Source: Promethearchaeota archaeon
GTDB lineage: Archaea; Asgardarchaeota; Lokiarchaeia; Sigyniarchaeales; SOKP01
Reading direction: 5' to 3'
Assembly (NCBI GenBank): GCA_016926735.1
Contig: JAFGOA010000107.1
Span: forward strand, 1 to 40,148
DNA: 40,148 nucleotides
The notes beneath the pieces were generated by a model that worked only from the letters and a program-made list of their open reading frames with translations, did not search any database and was not told the DNA's origin. Numbering within the stretch: the first letter of the stretch is position 1; each line of letters begins with the position of its first letter. This document shows positions 20,331 to 30,088 of this stretch, piece by piece. Made by a program: the position numbers and the translations under genes.

Positions 20331-21467
20331 TTATTCAGATCTAAGTGCTAGAGGAGGGTTCTTTAAATTCCATTTTTTCCAACCACTTCCCCTGACATTT
20401 TCCCAACCATATTCTTTCATAAGATCTAAAGTAATGTCTCTAATATTTCCATCATCAAAAGTTTTATAAATTTCAATTGGTTTATGAATGTCAACCCATG
20501 GAGGACTTCCCTTATTATGAAAATCAATAGATCTCTTCAAATTATATGTTTTTCCTACAAACCATTTATCATGTTCGAGTTTTAAAATATAAATTATTGG
20601 ATTCTCTTTTTGATATTCTTCAAATCCTTCAAATTGTTCTTTAAATTCTTCTAAAGGCCAAGTCTCATTATTACTTTTAAAACTATACCCCCTAACATTC
20701 CACCAACCATACTTTTTAATATATTCAATTGTTTTATCTCGATAATCCCCATTTTCAATGGATTCTTCGAGAGAAATTACTTTATAAAGTTTTGTCCAAG
20801 AAAGCCCCTCTCCAGATTTATGTTTTTCTATTTCTGCTTCTAAATTATTGGTTTTTCCTATATACCACTTATTTCGTTCTAATTTTAAGACATAAATATG
20901 ACTCTTATCATAATTTATTTGATTAATTTCTCTCTTATTTTCATTGATACCCGAATATAAAGAACCTTCTCTTATTATTTTATCAGAGTCTAATTCAATT
21001 TTTTGTTTTTTTTTTTCATTTTCTATATAATTATAGATAATCATTGGGATATAATCTGGGGATATATTCTCATAATAACAAGTACCTCTCACATTTTCCC
21101 ATCCATATTTTTTCATATATTCTAACATTTTTTCTGATAACTTAGACTGTTCATCAATTTCTTCTAATGAAATCAGCGGATATATTTTAATCCATTGATT
21201 TGATCTTCCTTTCTTATATTCTCTCATTCTTTTTTTTATATCTTTAGTTTTACCAATCCACCATTTTTCATTTTGGAGTTTAAGAACATATACAACTTCT
21301 TTTTCATTTAAAAGATCATCAATGTTTAATTTATTTGGTTTAAATTGAATATTAGTATTTTGAATATTTGCCATTTGACTTATTCGAATACATTCGGGAC
21401 AGATACTATTAAAATTATTAAACTGAAATTCAGATATCTCTTCCCCACAATTTTTACAGTGAAACAA
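20331..21467 (-). CDS. Zn-ribbon plus three tandem GIY-YIG-like domains
   Basis: CKNC..CPEC; three repeats of YVLKL...KW(Y/W/F)(I/V)GKT ... KYGW.NVRG. Confidence 0.8.
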   Translation of the reverse strand: MFHCKNCGEEISEFQFNNFNSICPECIRISQMANIQNTNIQFKPNKLNIDDLLNEKEVVYVLKLQNEKWWIGKTKDIKKRMREYKKGRSNQWIKIYPLISLEEIDEQSKLSEKMLEYMKKYGWENVRGTCYYENISPDYIPMIIYNYIENEKKKQKIELDSDKIIREGSLYSGINENKREINQINYDKSHIYVLKLERNKWYIGKTNNLEAEIEKHKSGEGLSWTKLYKVISLEESIENGDYRDKTIEYIKKYGWWNVRGYSFKSNNETWPLEEFKEQFEGFEEYQKENPIIYILKLEHDKWFVGKTYNLKRSIDFHNKGSPPWVDIHKPIEIYKTFDDGNIRDITLDLMKEYGWENVRGSGWKKWNLKNPPLALRSE

Positions 21468-21571
21468 AATTATTATTCACCAGATTAAATTGATTATTAT
21501 AAATAGAAATAGTTTTAACCATTTATAAGTATATAAGAAAAAAATTGATATCAGGATTAGAGCGCTATTAC

Positions 21572-21585
21572 CGTGAAATAACTGA
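21572..21585 (+). repeat. Boundary site type A
   Basis: Exact CGTGAAATAACTGA. Confidence 0.9.
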
Positions 21586-21629
21586 TAGAAAAATAATTCT
21601 AGAAAATATATAATTACATACAATTCTTA

Positions 21630-22496
21630 TTATGTTTTTAATCCAAAATCTTCTGTTAAAGACAAAAAAATTTTATCAAGTCTATTATAGTGGTCTTTAT
21701 CATCTCTAAAAAGTTTATTGAGAAAGGGAGATATAATTAAACCTGCTTCTTCTAAAATATTTTTTTTATTGATGAATTTAAATTGGTTATGAATTTTATC
21801 TACGATAGGTATTATCGTAGATTTGATAAAATATAATATAATTTGACAATATGTATTATGTATTAATTCTTTTTCTTCTATTGTCATTTCATGATTTTTA
21901 TGAACTATATTATTTCTTAAAGCATTGCAATTTATCAGAGAATCCTCAAGTTCTTCAGGAAAGTTCAATTCTTTTATTTTTTCAGGCATATACTTATTAT
22001 TTATCCCTTTTATTTCATTGTAATAATCTTCTAAATATGCAATTATCTTAATTAAGAATTTAAAATCATCAGAGTTAAGATATATCTTTTCAAGAGATTT
22101 TAAAGTATCCTTAATCAAATCATATGATATATCTTCTTTTAGTATAAATTCCACATCTCTAAAATAATCTGAGTAATCTTTAAAAGGTTTTTTGAATTCT
22201 TCTTTTTCATAAGATATATTCGGATTTTCAAGATTTATATGTGTTTTCTTTATTTTATTTACGATTTCCTTAATAAATTTTAATTCAAACCCACATTCAG
22301 GACAAAAAGTTATCCAATTTACAATAATTATTTTACTTGGAAAAAATCCTTCTTCGGTCATTAGTTTGGATGGCGTGTCCTTGAGAGGATATGTTGCACT
22401 ACGACCATCATAATGAAAATTTTGTAATGGATAAATTGTTGGAGGTATAAATTCTTTATTACAAAATGGGCATCTAATCTTTTTTACATCTTCCAT
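21630..22496 (-). CDS. Zn-ribbon plus HEPN-like domain protein
   Basis: CPFC...CPEC; RNNIVH fits the HEPN Rx4H motif. Confidence 0.6.
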   Translation of the reverse strand: MEDVKKIRCPFCNKEFIPPTIYPLQNFHYDGRSATYPLKDTPSKLMTEEGFFPSKIIIVNWITFCPECGFELKFIKEIVNKIKKTHINLENPNISYEKEEFKKPFKDYSDYFRDVEFILKEDISYDLIKDTLKSLEKIYLNSDDFKFLIKIIAYLEDYYNEIKGINNKYMPEKIKELNFPEELEDSLINCNALRNNIVHKNHEMTIEEKELIHNTYCQIILYFIKSTIIPIVDKIHNQFKFINKKNILEEAGLIISPFLNKLFRDDKDHYNRLDKIFLSLTEDFGLKT

Positions 22497-22635
22497 ATTG
22501 ATAATCTTCGAATCTTTGTCTATATCTATAATCTAGATTAAATACATAAAAATATTATGAAAAATAATTAATTGATAGAAAATAACAATTAGAATCTAAT
22601 ATAATATATGTGATATCATAAAAAATATAATTGCA

Positions 22636-22648
22636 TGTGAAACAATTA
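22636..22648 (+). repeat. Boundary site, degenerate type B
   Basis: TGTGAAACAATTA. Confidence 0.55.
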
Positions 22649-22712
22649 GAATAATTAATATCTAACTTATTGAAATCCATATTAAAGGGGTTTTTGGGGT
22701 AATTTGAGTTTA

Positions 22713-23732
22713 TTATGGAAACGTTATCACATCAACATCAGGATGATATTCCTTTAATCCCTTTAACCATTCTTTATATAGTTGTTTACTAACATTAACT
22801 TTAAATAATACACATATTAACCCATTTGGAAAATTTTGTTTGTATCTTAGACATTTATCAGCAATTGAAACTAAATCTTTATGAGACGTTGGTCCTTTGA
22901 TCTCAATAGCGATTCCTTTAACAACTATATCAGGTCTCGTGGAACCAACACTTACTTCTATTTTAGTATCAGGGAACTTAGATCTTAGAAATTGAGCTAA
23001 AGTGTCTTGATAATAGATTTCTTTATCATAGTGTCGAAAAGGTACGAATTCTAATATTACTTTTTTAACTTCTAATAATATTTTATTCCCATTTTTTTTG
23101 ATTTTATCTTTTAATTCTTTTACTTTCCATTCTGCTTTTATTCTTTCAATATCATTTAATATATCTTTTATATCAATGTGATTTCGCTTAGTAAAGGAAA
23201 TGATAGTATCTAACTTTAATCTAATTTTCAATATTGAAACGAGGTCTTCTCTCGTACGTTTTACCTCTTTCCAATATTCCTCACCAGAAGAATCATCTTC
23301 CTCCAAAATCGTTTTGTTTAAATTTATTTTCTTCTCCAAGCAGAGCTTTTTCAATTGAGTTTTTGTCATTCTAAGGAGGATTATACTTTTCCATTTACGA
23401 ATTTGAAATCTTTTTTTAGAAAAACGGACAACTTTCCTTGCACTCCTTATGATACCTCTTCCCATTTTCAGAGCAATATTTTTACCAAGGGACATCTGAC
23501 TATTCTTTGAATCTTTATAAATGAGCTCTTCATCTAAATTATTGGTTTTTAATTCTACAAAATCTTCATATTCCTTTTGGATTTCCTCTGGATTAATTTT
23601 AGTCAATTGTATTTTGTTTTTTCTCAATAAATCTTGATGTTCTCTGCATAATGGTTTATCAAATTCTTTAATTGAATATAAAAATTCTCCTTTAGTAATA
23701 TCCTTCTTGCAGATATTGCAATAATACCTCAT
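22713..23732 (-). CDS. Zn-finger plus PD-(D/E)xK nuclease
   Basis: CNIC...C..H N-terminus; RPDIVVKGIAIEIK C-terminus. Confidence 0.7.
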   Translation of the reverse strand: MRYYCNICKKDITKGEFLYSIKEFDKPLCREHQDLLRKNKIQLTKINPEEIQKEYEDFVELKTNNLDEELIYKDSKNSQMSLGKNIALKMGRGIIRSARKVVRFSKKRFQIRKWKSIILLRMTKTQLKKLCLEKKINLNKTILEEDDSSGEEYWKEVKRTREDLVSILKIRLKLDTIISFTKRNHIDIKDILNDIERIKAEWKVKELKDKIKKNGNKILLEVKKVILEFVPFRHYDKEIYYQDTLAQFLRSKFPDTKIEVSVGSTRPDIVVKGIAIEIKGPTSHKDLVSIADKCLRYKQNFPNGLICVLFKVNVSKQLYKEWLKGLKEYHPDVDVITFP

Positions 23733-23975
23733 AGATCCTCAATTTTTTTATTCATTTTATTATGTATTTTTTGAATATTTAAAGCTATTATTCTCTATAT
23801 ATTGTTGAATGTACTAGAGAATTAATTTTCAATCAACATTTATTAAATTTATTTTTTGTTTTTTATTCAACTAATACACCTGAAAAAGAAACTAATTTAT
23901 TATTGACAGTTATTTACTATCAAATTGGTATTATTGAAAATAAAAACATATGATTATTTCAATGTTATTCATCAA

Positions 23976-23988
23976 CGTGAAATGGTTA
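23976..23988 (+). repeat. Boundary site, degenerate type B
   Basis: ATCAA-CGTGAAATGGTTA. Confidence 0.6.
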
Positions 23989-24077
23989 TAGAAAAAAATA
24001 TATAATTTATATAGGAGATATTTATATCTATTAAAAATAAAAATCAAGTATAGAAATCACAATAAGATGAAAAATAT

Positions 24078-24254
24078 ATGGCGAAATGCAGATCTTGTGG
24101 AGTTGAAATATCAGAAGGGTCATTAAAAAATAGAAACAGATGCCCTGATTGTTTAAGATTTCAAAACTTTTTAATACCGATAGAAATACTTTTAATAATA
24201 ATTATAGGATTACTTCTATTAATATTATTACGAAATCTTACAGGATACTATTAA
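24078..24254 (+). CDS. 58-aa Zn-ribbon plus single-TM protein (not in ORF track)
   Basis: MAKCRSCGVEISEGSLKNRNRCPDCLRF followed by a hydrophobic helix; lies between two repeat sites. Confidence 0.7.
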   Translation: MAKCRSCGVEISEGSLKNRNRCPDCLRFQNFLIPIEILLIIIIGLLLLILLRNLTGYY

Positions 24255-24328
24255 TTTTTATTTTTTCTTTTTTAAATTGAATCTTATTATTTTATAGCTT
24301 TTAATATAAGCAATTTTAACATAATCTT

Positions 24329-24342
24329 CGTGAAATAACTGA
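24329..24342 (+). repeat. Boundary site type A
   Basis: Exact CGTGAAATAACTGA. Confidence 0.9.
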
Positions 24343-24375
24343 ATATTTATAATATAGATATAAGATTTAAAAATG

Positions 24376-24774
24376 CTAGAATGTATTATAATAATCACGA
24401 AAAAGTGATATAATATCTTTTTTAAATAAATCAAAGTATTCTATATCATGAAATGGGGATTTTCCAAATTCAAACCTACTATTATATTCCCTTATTATCA
24501 TATAAAGTGCTTTTTTGATATTTTCTTCCTTTTCATTTGTTGTAATTAAAACAAATGTAATCTTAAAGTCTTTCATACGAGAGATATTTATATCATATTC
24601 TCTAAATTTAAAAGATTTTTTTAATTCCTTTGTTGATTCAATCATTTCTTGAATCGGATGTACAATCTCCTCAAAAAGATGTTCATAGTCAATTATATCT
24701 TTAGGTCCTAAATTAATATGATTTAGTACAAGTCCAGTTTCCGTAAAAAAGAGTAAATCTCCATTAATTTTCAT
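24376..24774 (-). CDS. Longin/roadblock-like small protein
   Basis: LLFFTETGLVL N-terminal strands, FVLIT strand, C-terminal helices; fold guessed from pattern only. Confidence 0.45.
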   Translation of the reverse strand: MKINGDLLFFTETGLVLNHINLGPKDIIDYEHLFEEIVHPIQEMIESTKELKKSFKFREYDINISRMKDFKITFVLITTNEKEENIKKALYMIIREYNSRFEFGKSPFHDIEYFDLFKKDIISLFRDYYNTF

Positions 24775-24899
24775 TATCTATTTCTTTTTATTCCTTGATT
24801 AGAACTTTCTTTAGAATATTTTTGATTAATATAATAGTAATTTGAGTTCTAGTTAAATTTATGTTTTAAGACTTAGTATTTGAAGTTGGAATATTTCAT

Positions 24900-24913
24900 C
24901 GTGAAATAACTGA
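24900..24913 (+). repeat. Boundary site type A
   Basis: Exact CGTGAAATAACTGA. Confidence 0.9.
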
Positions 24914-25010
24914 ATATTTAACATTATAAAGAGGGTTCATACAAAAAATTATATTCTATTTTAATTTATAATAATTTGATATAAATAATATTAATTTATG
25001 TGAACAAATT

Positions 25011-25265
25011 ATGGGAACTGAAAAATCAAAAATATTACATGCTGAGCTTAAAGGAATATTATCATCTCGATTTGAAATAATTAAATCCGCATTGGGTATA
25101 CAAAATGATGCTGAAGTTGTTAGATTTTTAATCCAAAGGTATTATAAAGAACATCTAGAAGGAGAAGAAAAGTCAGCAAGAGAGGAATTAGAAAAAGATA
25201 GAGAACTTATTTCTAGATTTATGAATAGATATGGTGAAGAATGGAAAAAACTAGGTGAAGATTGA
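25011..25265 (+). CDS. Putative antitoxin (RHH-like) of the Doc toxin
   Basis: Small ORF overlapping doc; FEIIKSALGIQNDAEVVRFLI pattern. Confidence 0.65.
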   Translation: MGTEKSKILHAELKGILSSRFEIIKSALGIQNDAEVVRFLIQRYYKEHLEGEEKSAREELEKDRELISRFMNRYGEEWKKLGED

Positions 25266-25639
25266 TTATGTGGTTTCCTAGTGTAGAGTATATACTTGCA
25301 TTATTTAATGATCAAATCAGTTTAGGAACTTTAATGAATCGAAATGGATTAATATCTACTCTCGATAAATTAAAATGGGGAATTCCTTTTCATGATGCTC
25401 CAACTATATGGGAACAAGCAGCAATTCTTTATAAAGAAATAGTTGAGAATCATTATTTTTCAGATGGAAATAAAAGGATAGGTATTTTAATTATATATAT
25501 CTTCTTGTTTAAAAATGGTTATGTTTTTAATCCAAACGTAGGTGAGATTTATAATATAACTATGGATGTAGCTCAAGGGTTAAAATCATTTGAGGAATTA
25601 GTAGAATGGTTTAAAAAAAAATCAAAGAGAATAGAATAA
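25262..25639 (+). CDS. doc: Doc/Fic family toxin
   Basis: HYFSDGNKR matches the Doc HxFxDGNKR motif. Confidence 0.88.
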   Translation: MIMWFPSVEYILALFNDQISLGTLMNRNGLISTLDKLKWGIPFHDAPTIWEQAAILYKEIVENHYFSDGNKRIGILIIYIFLFKNGYVFNPNVGEIYNITMDVAQGLKSFEELVEWFKKKSKRIE

Positions 25640-25659
25640 TTAATTTTTATGTAAAATAT

Positions 25660-25673
25660 CGTGAAATAACTGA
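25660..25673 (+). repeat. Boundary site type A
   Basis: Exact CGTGAAATAACTGA. Confidence 0.9.
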
Positions 25674-25934
25674 GAAAGATATTATAGAGGATATTTAAGT
25701 ATGTTTTATACATATTTCAAAAATAACTGAAATATCAACTTATTTTTAATCAATGATTTTCATATGAAACAGAAGATATTTCTTAGTGTCCTATAATTCT
25801 TATATATCTCCATATCACCTTCTTTTATAATAATGTTTCTCCTCTCATAGTATGGTGATAATATAATAGAACCTCAACTCTTCCAAGAAAGAAACTCCCC
25901 ACAAAAAGAGAAGAAAACGCAATATAAAAAGCAC

Positions 25935-26357
25935 ATGGAAGAAATATCAAAGGATTTAGCATGTCCAAATGAACACTGTGAATCCTATGGAATTATTGGA
26001 AAAGATACCATCCTCTTTAGACGTAAATATGGAAATAAACCATCTCAAAATCTTTTTGTATGCAAAACATGTAAAAAAACCTTTTCTGAACGAAAAGGAA
26101 CTCCCTTTTTTGGGTTTCATTTACCTGAAGAGAAAATTATAACAATTATCCGTTGCCTTGTCGAAGGGAATGGCACACGGGCAACTGCTCGTATCTGTAA
26201 TGTCCATCGTGATACAGTGACCAAAATTATCCGTCGATTTGGAACGCACTCAGAACAAATATCTCGTCTCTTCCTTAAGAATTATCCTCTAAAAGAATGT
26301 CAATTAGATGAGATGTGGAGTTTTATTAAAAAAACAAAAAAATCTAACCCCCCTTGA
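25935..26357 (+). CDS. IS1-like transposase N-terminal part (Zn ribbon plus HTH)
   Basis: CPNEHC..CKTC, HTH GTRATARICNVHRDTV, ends in DEMWSFIKK. Confidence 0.85.
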   Translation: MEEISKDLACPNEHCESYGIIGKDTILFRRKYGNKPSQNLFVCKTCKKTFSERKGTPFFGFHLPEEKIITIIRCLVEGNGTRATARICNVHRDTVTKIIRRFGTHSEQISRLFLKNYPLKECQLDEMWSFIKKTKKSNPP

Positions 26358-27066
26358 ATACCAGGAAGGTGAATGTGGAGATGCGTGGATTTGGATTGCG
26401 TTTGATCCTATCCATAAAGTTGTTATAGCGTATACAGTTGGAAAGAGAACACTTTCAAAAGCAAAAGAATTGCTCCATACTCTTCGGAACTGCGTTTCAG
26501 AGGAAATCCCTTATTTCACAAGTGATGAATTAGACTATTATACTTGTGCTATTGCAGAAGAATATGGAATTGAAAAAAGCTTTCCGAACACTGAAAAGCG
26601 AGGACGTCCAAAAAAACCCCTCAAGGAAATCCTTTCGTCACTTGTATATGCCCAAGTTCATAAACACCGGGAGCGGGGCAGAGTAAAAAAGATTGATACC
26701 CGTCTTCTTTTCGGCACCGCATCTCAGATAAAAGGAATTCTTTTAGACTCTGTTGTGAGTAATTATGTTAATACTACGTTTGTTGAGCGAAATAACCGTA
26801 CTATTCGACAACAAAATGGCAGATTTCAGCGTAAGACCTTACAATTTTCCAAGAAAAAGGCATTATTTTCTTCCCAATTGGCCCTTTTTTTTGGATATTA
26901 CCATTTCATTCGTCCCCATCAATCCTTACAGATAAAAAATAACATGCTTTCTGAGAACTGGGAAAAACGGACACCATTTATGAGTGCTGGGATTGTGGAT
27001 CATATCTGGACCTTTCGAGAATTATACTTTTATAAGAGCTATAGAAAGAGAGGAGGTGAAGCTTAA
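26308..27066 (+). CDS. IS1-like transposase catalytic DDE part (frameshifted)
   Basis: WIWIAFD, FTSDELDYY, T.FVERNN.TIRQ...RKT..FSK. Confidence 0.85.
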   Translation: MRCGVLLKKQKNLTPLEYQEGECGDAWIWIAFDPIHKVVIAYTVGKRTLSKAKELLHTLRNCVSEEIPYFTSDELDYYTCAIAEEYGIEKSFPNTEKRGRPKKPLKEILSSLVYAQVHKHRERGRVKKIDTRLLFGTASQIKGILLDSVVSNYVNTTFVERNNRTIRQQNGRFQRKTLQFSKKKALFSSQLALFFGYYHFIRPHQSLQIKNNMLSENWEKRTPFMSAGIVDHIWTFRELYFYKSYRKRGGEA

Positions 27067-27080
27067 CAATTATAGGACAC

Positions 27081-27302
27081 TAAGATTAATTCACTTAATT
27101 TATTTGTATATATAAGTTTCATTTGCAAATCCACAAGATAATTATCATCTTCATTTCGAAATAGATTACCATATATTTTTTCAACCTCTGAATCTTTAAG
27201 ATAAAATTTATCATGTACAAATTGATAATCGCATTCGGTTTTTAATAAATTAAACTGCTCAAGATATGATATTAGTTCTTTAAATAAATTTTCTTTTGAC
27301 AT
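27081..27302 (-). pseudogene. Small hypothetical gene whose 3' end is interrupted by the IS
   Basis: The called ORF runs into the IS right TIR; removing the IS continues the frame to a TGA at 25760-25762. Confidence 0.5.
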
Positions 27303-27413
27303 TTATATATTTTTAATGTATTTGATTTAAAACCTAGACAGAATAAAATGATAAAAATAAGAAATTGAATATCTAAAAATTATATAAGTATTATAAAGAA
27401 ATTAATATTTTAA

Positions 27414-27426
27414 CGTGAAACAGTTA
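27414..27426 (+). repeat. Boundary site type B
   Basis: CGTGAAACAGTTA. Confidence 0.85.
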
Positions 27427-27652
27427 GATAATAATTTATGAATTAAATTATATGATTTAAAAAAAATTACAAATTAATTACAGAAAAATATAAAAAATAT
27501 AGATATCTTGGCTCTATAATCTTTAATAGAAAACCCAAATATAATAAAGAATATCATTATTATGAAAAAGATCTTATGATATAGTTATCCCTTTATCAAG
27601 AATCACCATAATTGGATTCTTAACTATGTTTTTTTTTTTCAAATTTATATAA

Positions 27653-28441
27653 TCATAAATTTCGAATGAATTTAACCAACTCTGATGCTTCATTTATCTT
27701 TTTTCTAATTATTATCGTCATTTCCTCCTGTTGGTTTTTAAACGTATCATTTATATCATATGCCATAATTATTGCTTGAAATATGTTTCCTAAATCGTGA
27801 GAATATTTATCCTTTAATTTATTTTTATCCCTTTGAATTGAAATAAGTTTTTTTTCTAATAATGCTACTATGGCAATCAAAATAATTATAGTATAATAAA
27901 TGATATTCATAGATAGATTATAGATTGTAAAATTGTATCCTGAATGATTTAAAAAATTAAAGATACCTGCGAATATTATGGGAATAATACTCAAACAAAA
28001 AAAAATGTAAATAACGTTCTTTTTTTTTAAAAAGATTTTAACTAACATTAAAACAATAATAATTATGAATATTTCAATAACTAATTCAAATATAAATAAA
28101 AGATTAGTTAAATTAAATAAAATAAAAAAGAATCCTATTGATCCTATTTTAGATGTAGAAACGTTTCTTTGTAAAAAAAGATGATAATATTCTCTAAAAA
28201 CAATAATAAATATCCAAAAGGCTCCAATAAGATAATTTATATCAACAATAATTAGTTTAGGACCTCCTGGATTACATATTTCACCTCCAAGATCTATAAG
28301 AGAACCAATTGCAGAAAAAATTAGTACTATTAACCAATATTTTAAATCCTTACGTTTTAAAAATGATATAATAATAACTATTATGGATATGATTGCTAAA
28401 ATCCCAATTATTATTTTTAATTCTAAATAGCATTGAGAGAT
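27653..28441 (-). CDS. Multi-pass membrane protein with C-terminal HisKA-like H-box and no ATPase domain
   Basis: Frame stays open for more than 130 codons upstream of the called ATG at 28048, with several TM helices; SHDLGNIFQAI H-box. Confidence 0.65.
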   Translation of the reverse strand: MSQCYLELKIIIGILAIISIIVIIISFLKRKDLKYWLIVLIFSAIGSLIDLGGEICNPGGPKLIIVDINYLIGAFWIFIIVFREYYHLFLQRNVSTSKIGSIGFFFILFNLTNLLFIFELVIEIFIIIIVLMLVKIFLKKKNVIYIFFCLSIIPIIFAGIFNFLNHSGYNFTIYNLSMNIIYYTIIILIAIVALLEKKLISIQRDKNKLKDKYSHDLGNIFQAIIMAYDINDTFKNQQEEMTIIIRKKINEASELVKFIRNL

Positions 28442-28633
28442 ATTTCCTCAACTCCGTCATTATAATATAGTTAAAATTAATATGTATTAATATTCTAATT
28501 AATTTTATTAAATATTTTCCTTAAATTAGAATTGTCACATTTAAAGCTAAAATATGAAAAAAAAAAATAAAAATAAATTCTTTTAGAATACCAAACCTTT
28601 AGATAATCATTTTTTGATATTAGAGAGTATCAT

Positions 28634-28647
28634 CGTGAAATAACTGA
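28634..28647 (+). repeat. Boundary site type A
   Basis: Exact CGTGAAATAACTGA. Confidence 0.9.
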
Positions 28648-28670
28648 GAAAGAATTTATAATTAATATCT

Positions 28671-29612
28671 TTAAACAATAAATTGACTAAAGATATAATC
28701 TTTAGGTGGGTCTATAGGTGTTTCACAATCACTACAAAGTGAATAACATTGTTTTAATTCTTCAGGAGATATTAAGTCAATTATATCTTTAAAAATCCGC
28801 ATACTTTTTAATTCGAACATTCCTGATTTTAATTTTGTTTTTGCAGTAAATATTATAAAACAATCCTGATGAATTGCATTATTAAGTAAATAATGGAACT
28901 TAATCAGTTCTGAATCAGGTTCTACATTCAAATTTCTTAGAGAATTAATATTAAAATCTTCATTAATAATTAGATCATTACCAAAGTAAGCAAACATCAT
29001 TATTGTACTATTATCAGGAGAAGTTTCTATAATTTTTAAGACATCACTTCTCAATGAAAGATAATCAGATTTAAGTAGTATTTTATTCTCTGAATATTTT
29101 TGATAAATATCATAAAGGTTTTTATTTTCTATTTCTCCCAATAATTTAAAATTGTCATCCCCTAAATAATTGTATATTAGGTCATAATAATCCACAGGAT
29201 CTCCCTCATCAATATTATATTTTTCAATCAAGAGTTTAAGATAATATTCAGCATATTTATTACCAAGAGATATAGGTTCAATATCTGATGTATCCGAATA
29301 TGTTAAATAATTCCAACCACATCCACTCCTATAACTAGCTTCTTTATTTCCATCATATTCTTTAAGAAAATCACCTACCTTTTTATATAAACTTATTAAA
29401 AAATATTTTGAAAATGGAATAAGCTCTCCAGAGTGATCATAGGGGTAATCATATCTGTGATCTATTATAAATTTAGGATTTTTTTCAATATACTCAACGA
29501 TTCTTTTAAAGATTTCTTTTTTCCATTTCTCATGAAGCTCTAATGAAATTTTATTATCTTCTATAAAATGTTGAATATCATTTTCCGTGAGAATTGATCC
29601 TTCTTTGATCAT
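28671..29612 (-). CDS. Hypothetical protein
   Basis: 313-aa ORF bounded by repeat sites; C-terminal CSDC. Confidence 0.7.
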   Translation of the reverse strand: MIKEGSILTENDIQHFIEDNKISLELHEKWKKEIFKRIVEYIEKNPKFIIDHRYDYPYDHSGELIPFSKYFLISLYKKVGDFLKEYDGNKEASYRSGCGWNYLTYSDTSDIEPISLGNKYAEYYLKLLIEKYNIDEGDPVDYYDLIYNYLGDDNFKLLGEIENKNLYDIYQKYSENKILLKSDYLSLRSDVLKIIETSPDNSTIMMFAYFGNDLIINEDFNINSLRNLNVEPDSELIKFHYLLNNAIHQDCFIIFTAKTKLKSGMFELKSMRIFKDIIDLISPEELKQCYSLCSDCETPIDPPKDYIFSQFIV

Positions 29613-29745
29613 TTTAATCAGAATTTAATTATTAAAGAAATTATTTTATTCATATATTTTAAAAATATACTCCTTGAACAATTAGTATTATACTATGATA
29701 AAATATGTATAGAATTCCTTTTCTCTTGATATTTAAGATAATGAT

Positions 29746-29759
29746 CGTGAAATAACTGA
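29746..29759 (+). repeat. Boundary site type A
   Basis: Exact CGTGAAATAACTGA. Confidence 0.9.
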
Positions 29760-29836
29760 CTATCATATTTTTATTATTTTATTGAATTATATACTCGAAA
29801 ACTTTAAATAATTCGAGTATTTATATTTTTAATAGA

Positions 29837-30088
29837 ATGACTATATCAGAAGAAAAAATGGTTTTAAAGGTTGGATCTAAAGGAGAAATCTTTCCTCCAA
29901 AAGAGATTAGAGAAAAATTAGGTTTAAAACCAAATCAACCGATTGTTATGACAATCCATCAAGATAAGTTAATAATTAGAAAATTATATTCTTTAGATGA
30001 AATATTAAAAACGCCTCCTAAAGTAAAAATAAGTTATCATGCTTGGAAACAATTTAAAGACGATTTAAATGAGGAATATGAAAAATGA
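29837..30088 (+). CDS. vapB: AbrB/MazE/SpoVT-family antitoxin
   Basis: KVGSKGEIFPPKEIREKLGLKP...LIIRK; overlaps the PIN gene. Confidence 0.85.
   Translation: MTISEEKMVLKVGSKGEIFPPKEIREKLGLKPNQPIVMTIHQDKLIIRKLYSLDEILKTPPKVKISYHAWKQFKDDLNEEYEK

Larger units (their letters stand above)
25786..27080 (+). mobile_element. IS1-family-like insertion sequence
   Basis: TIRs GTGTCCTATAATT (25786-25798) and AATTATAGGACAC (27068-27080), 18 bp if the flanking TCTTA/TAAGA are included; higher GC than flanks. Confidence 0.85.

Noticed and set aside
23905-23918. Possible reverse-oriented site (CAGTTATTTAC); also partial AAATAACTGA at 25721
   Set aside because: Both lack the CGTG part and could arise by chance at this AT content.
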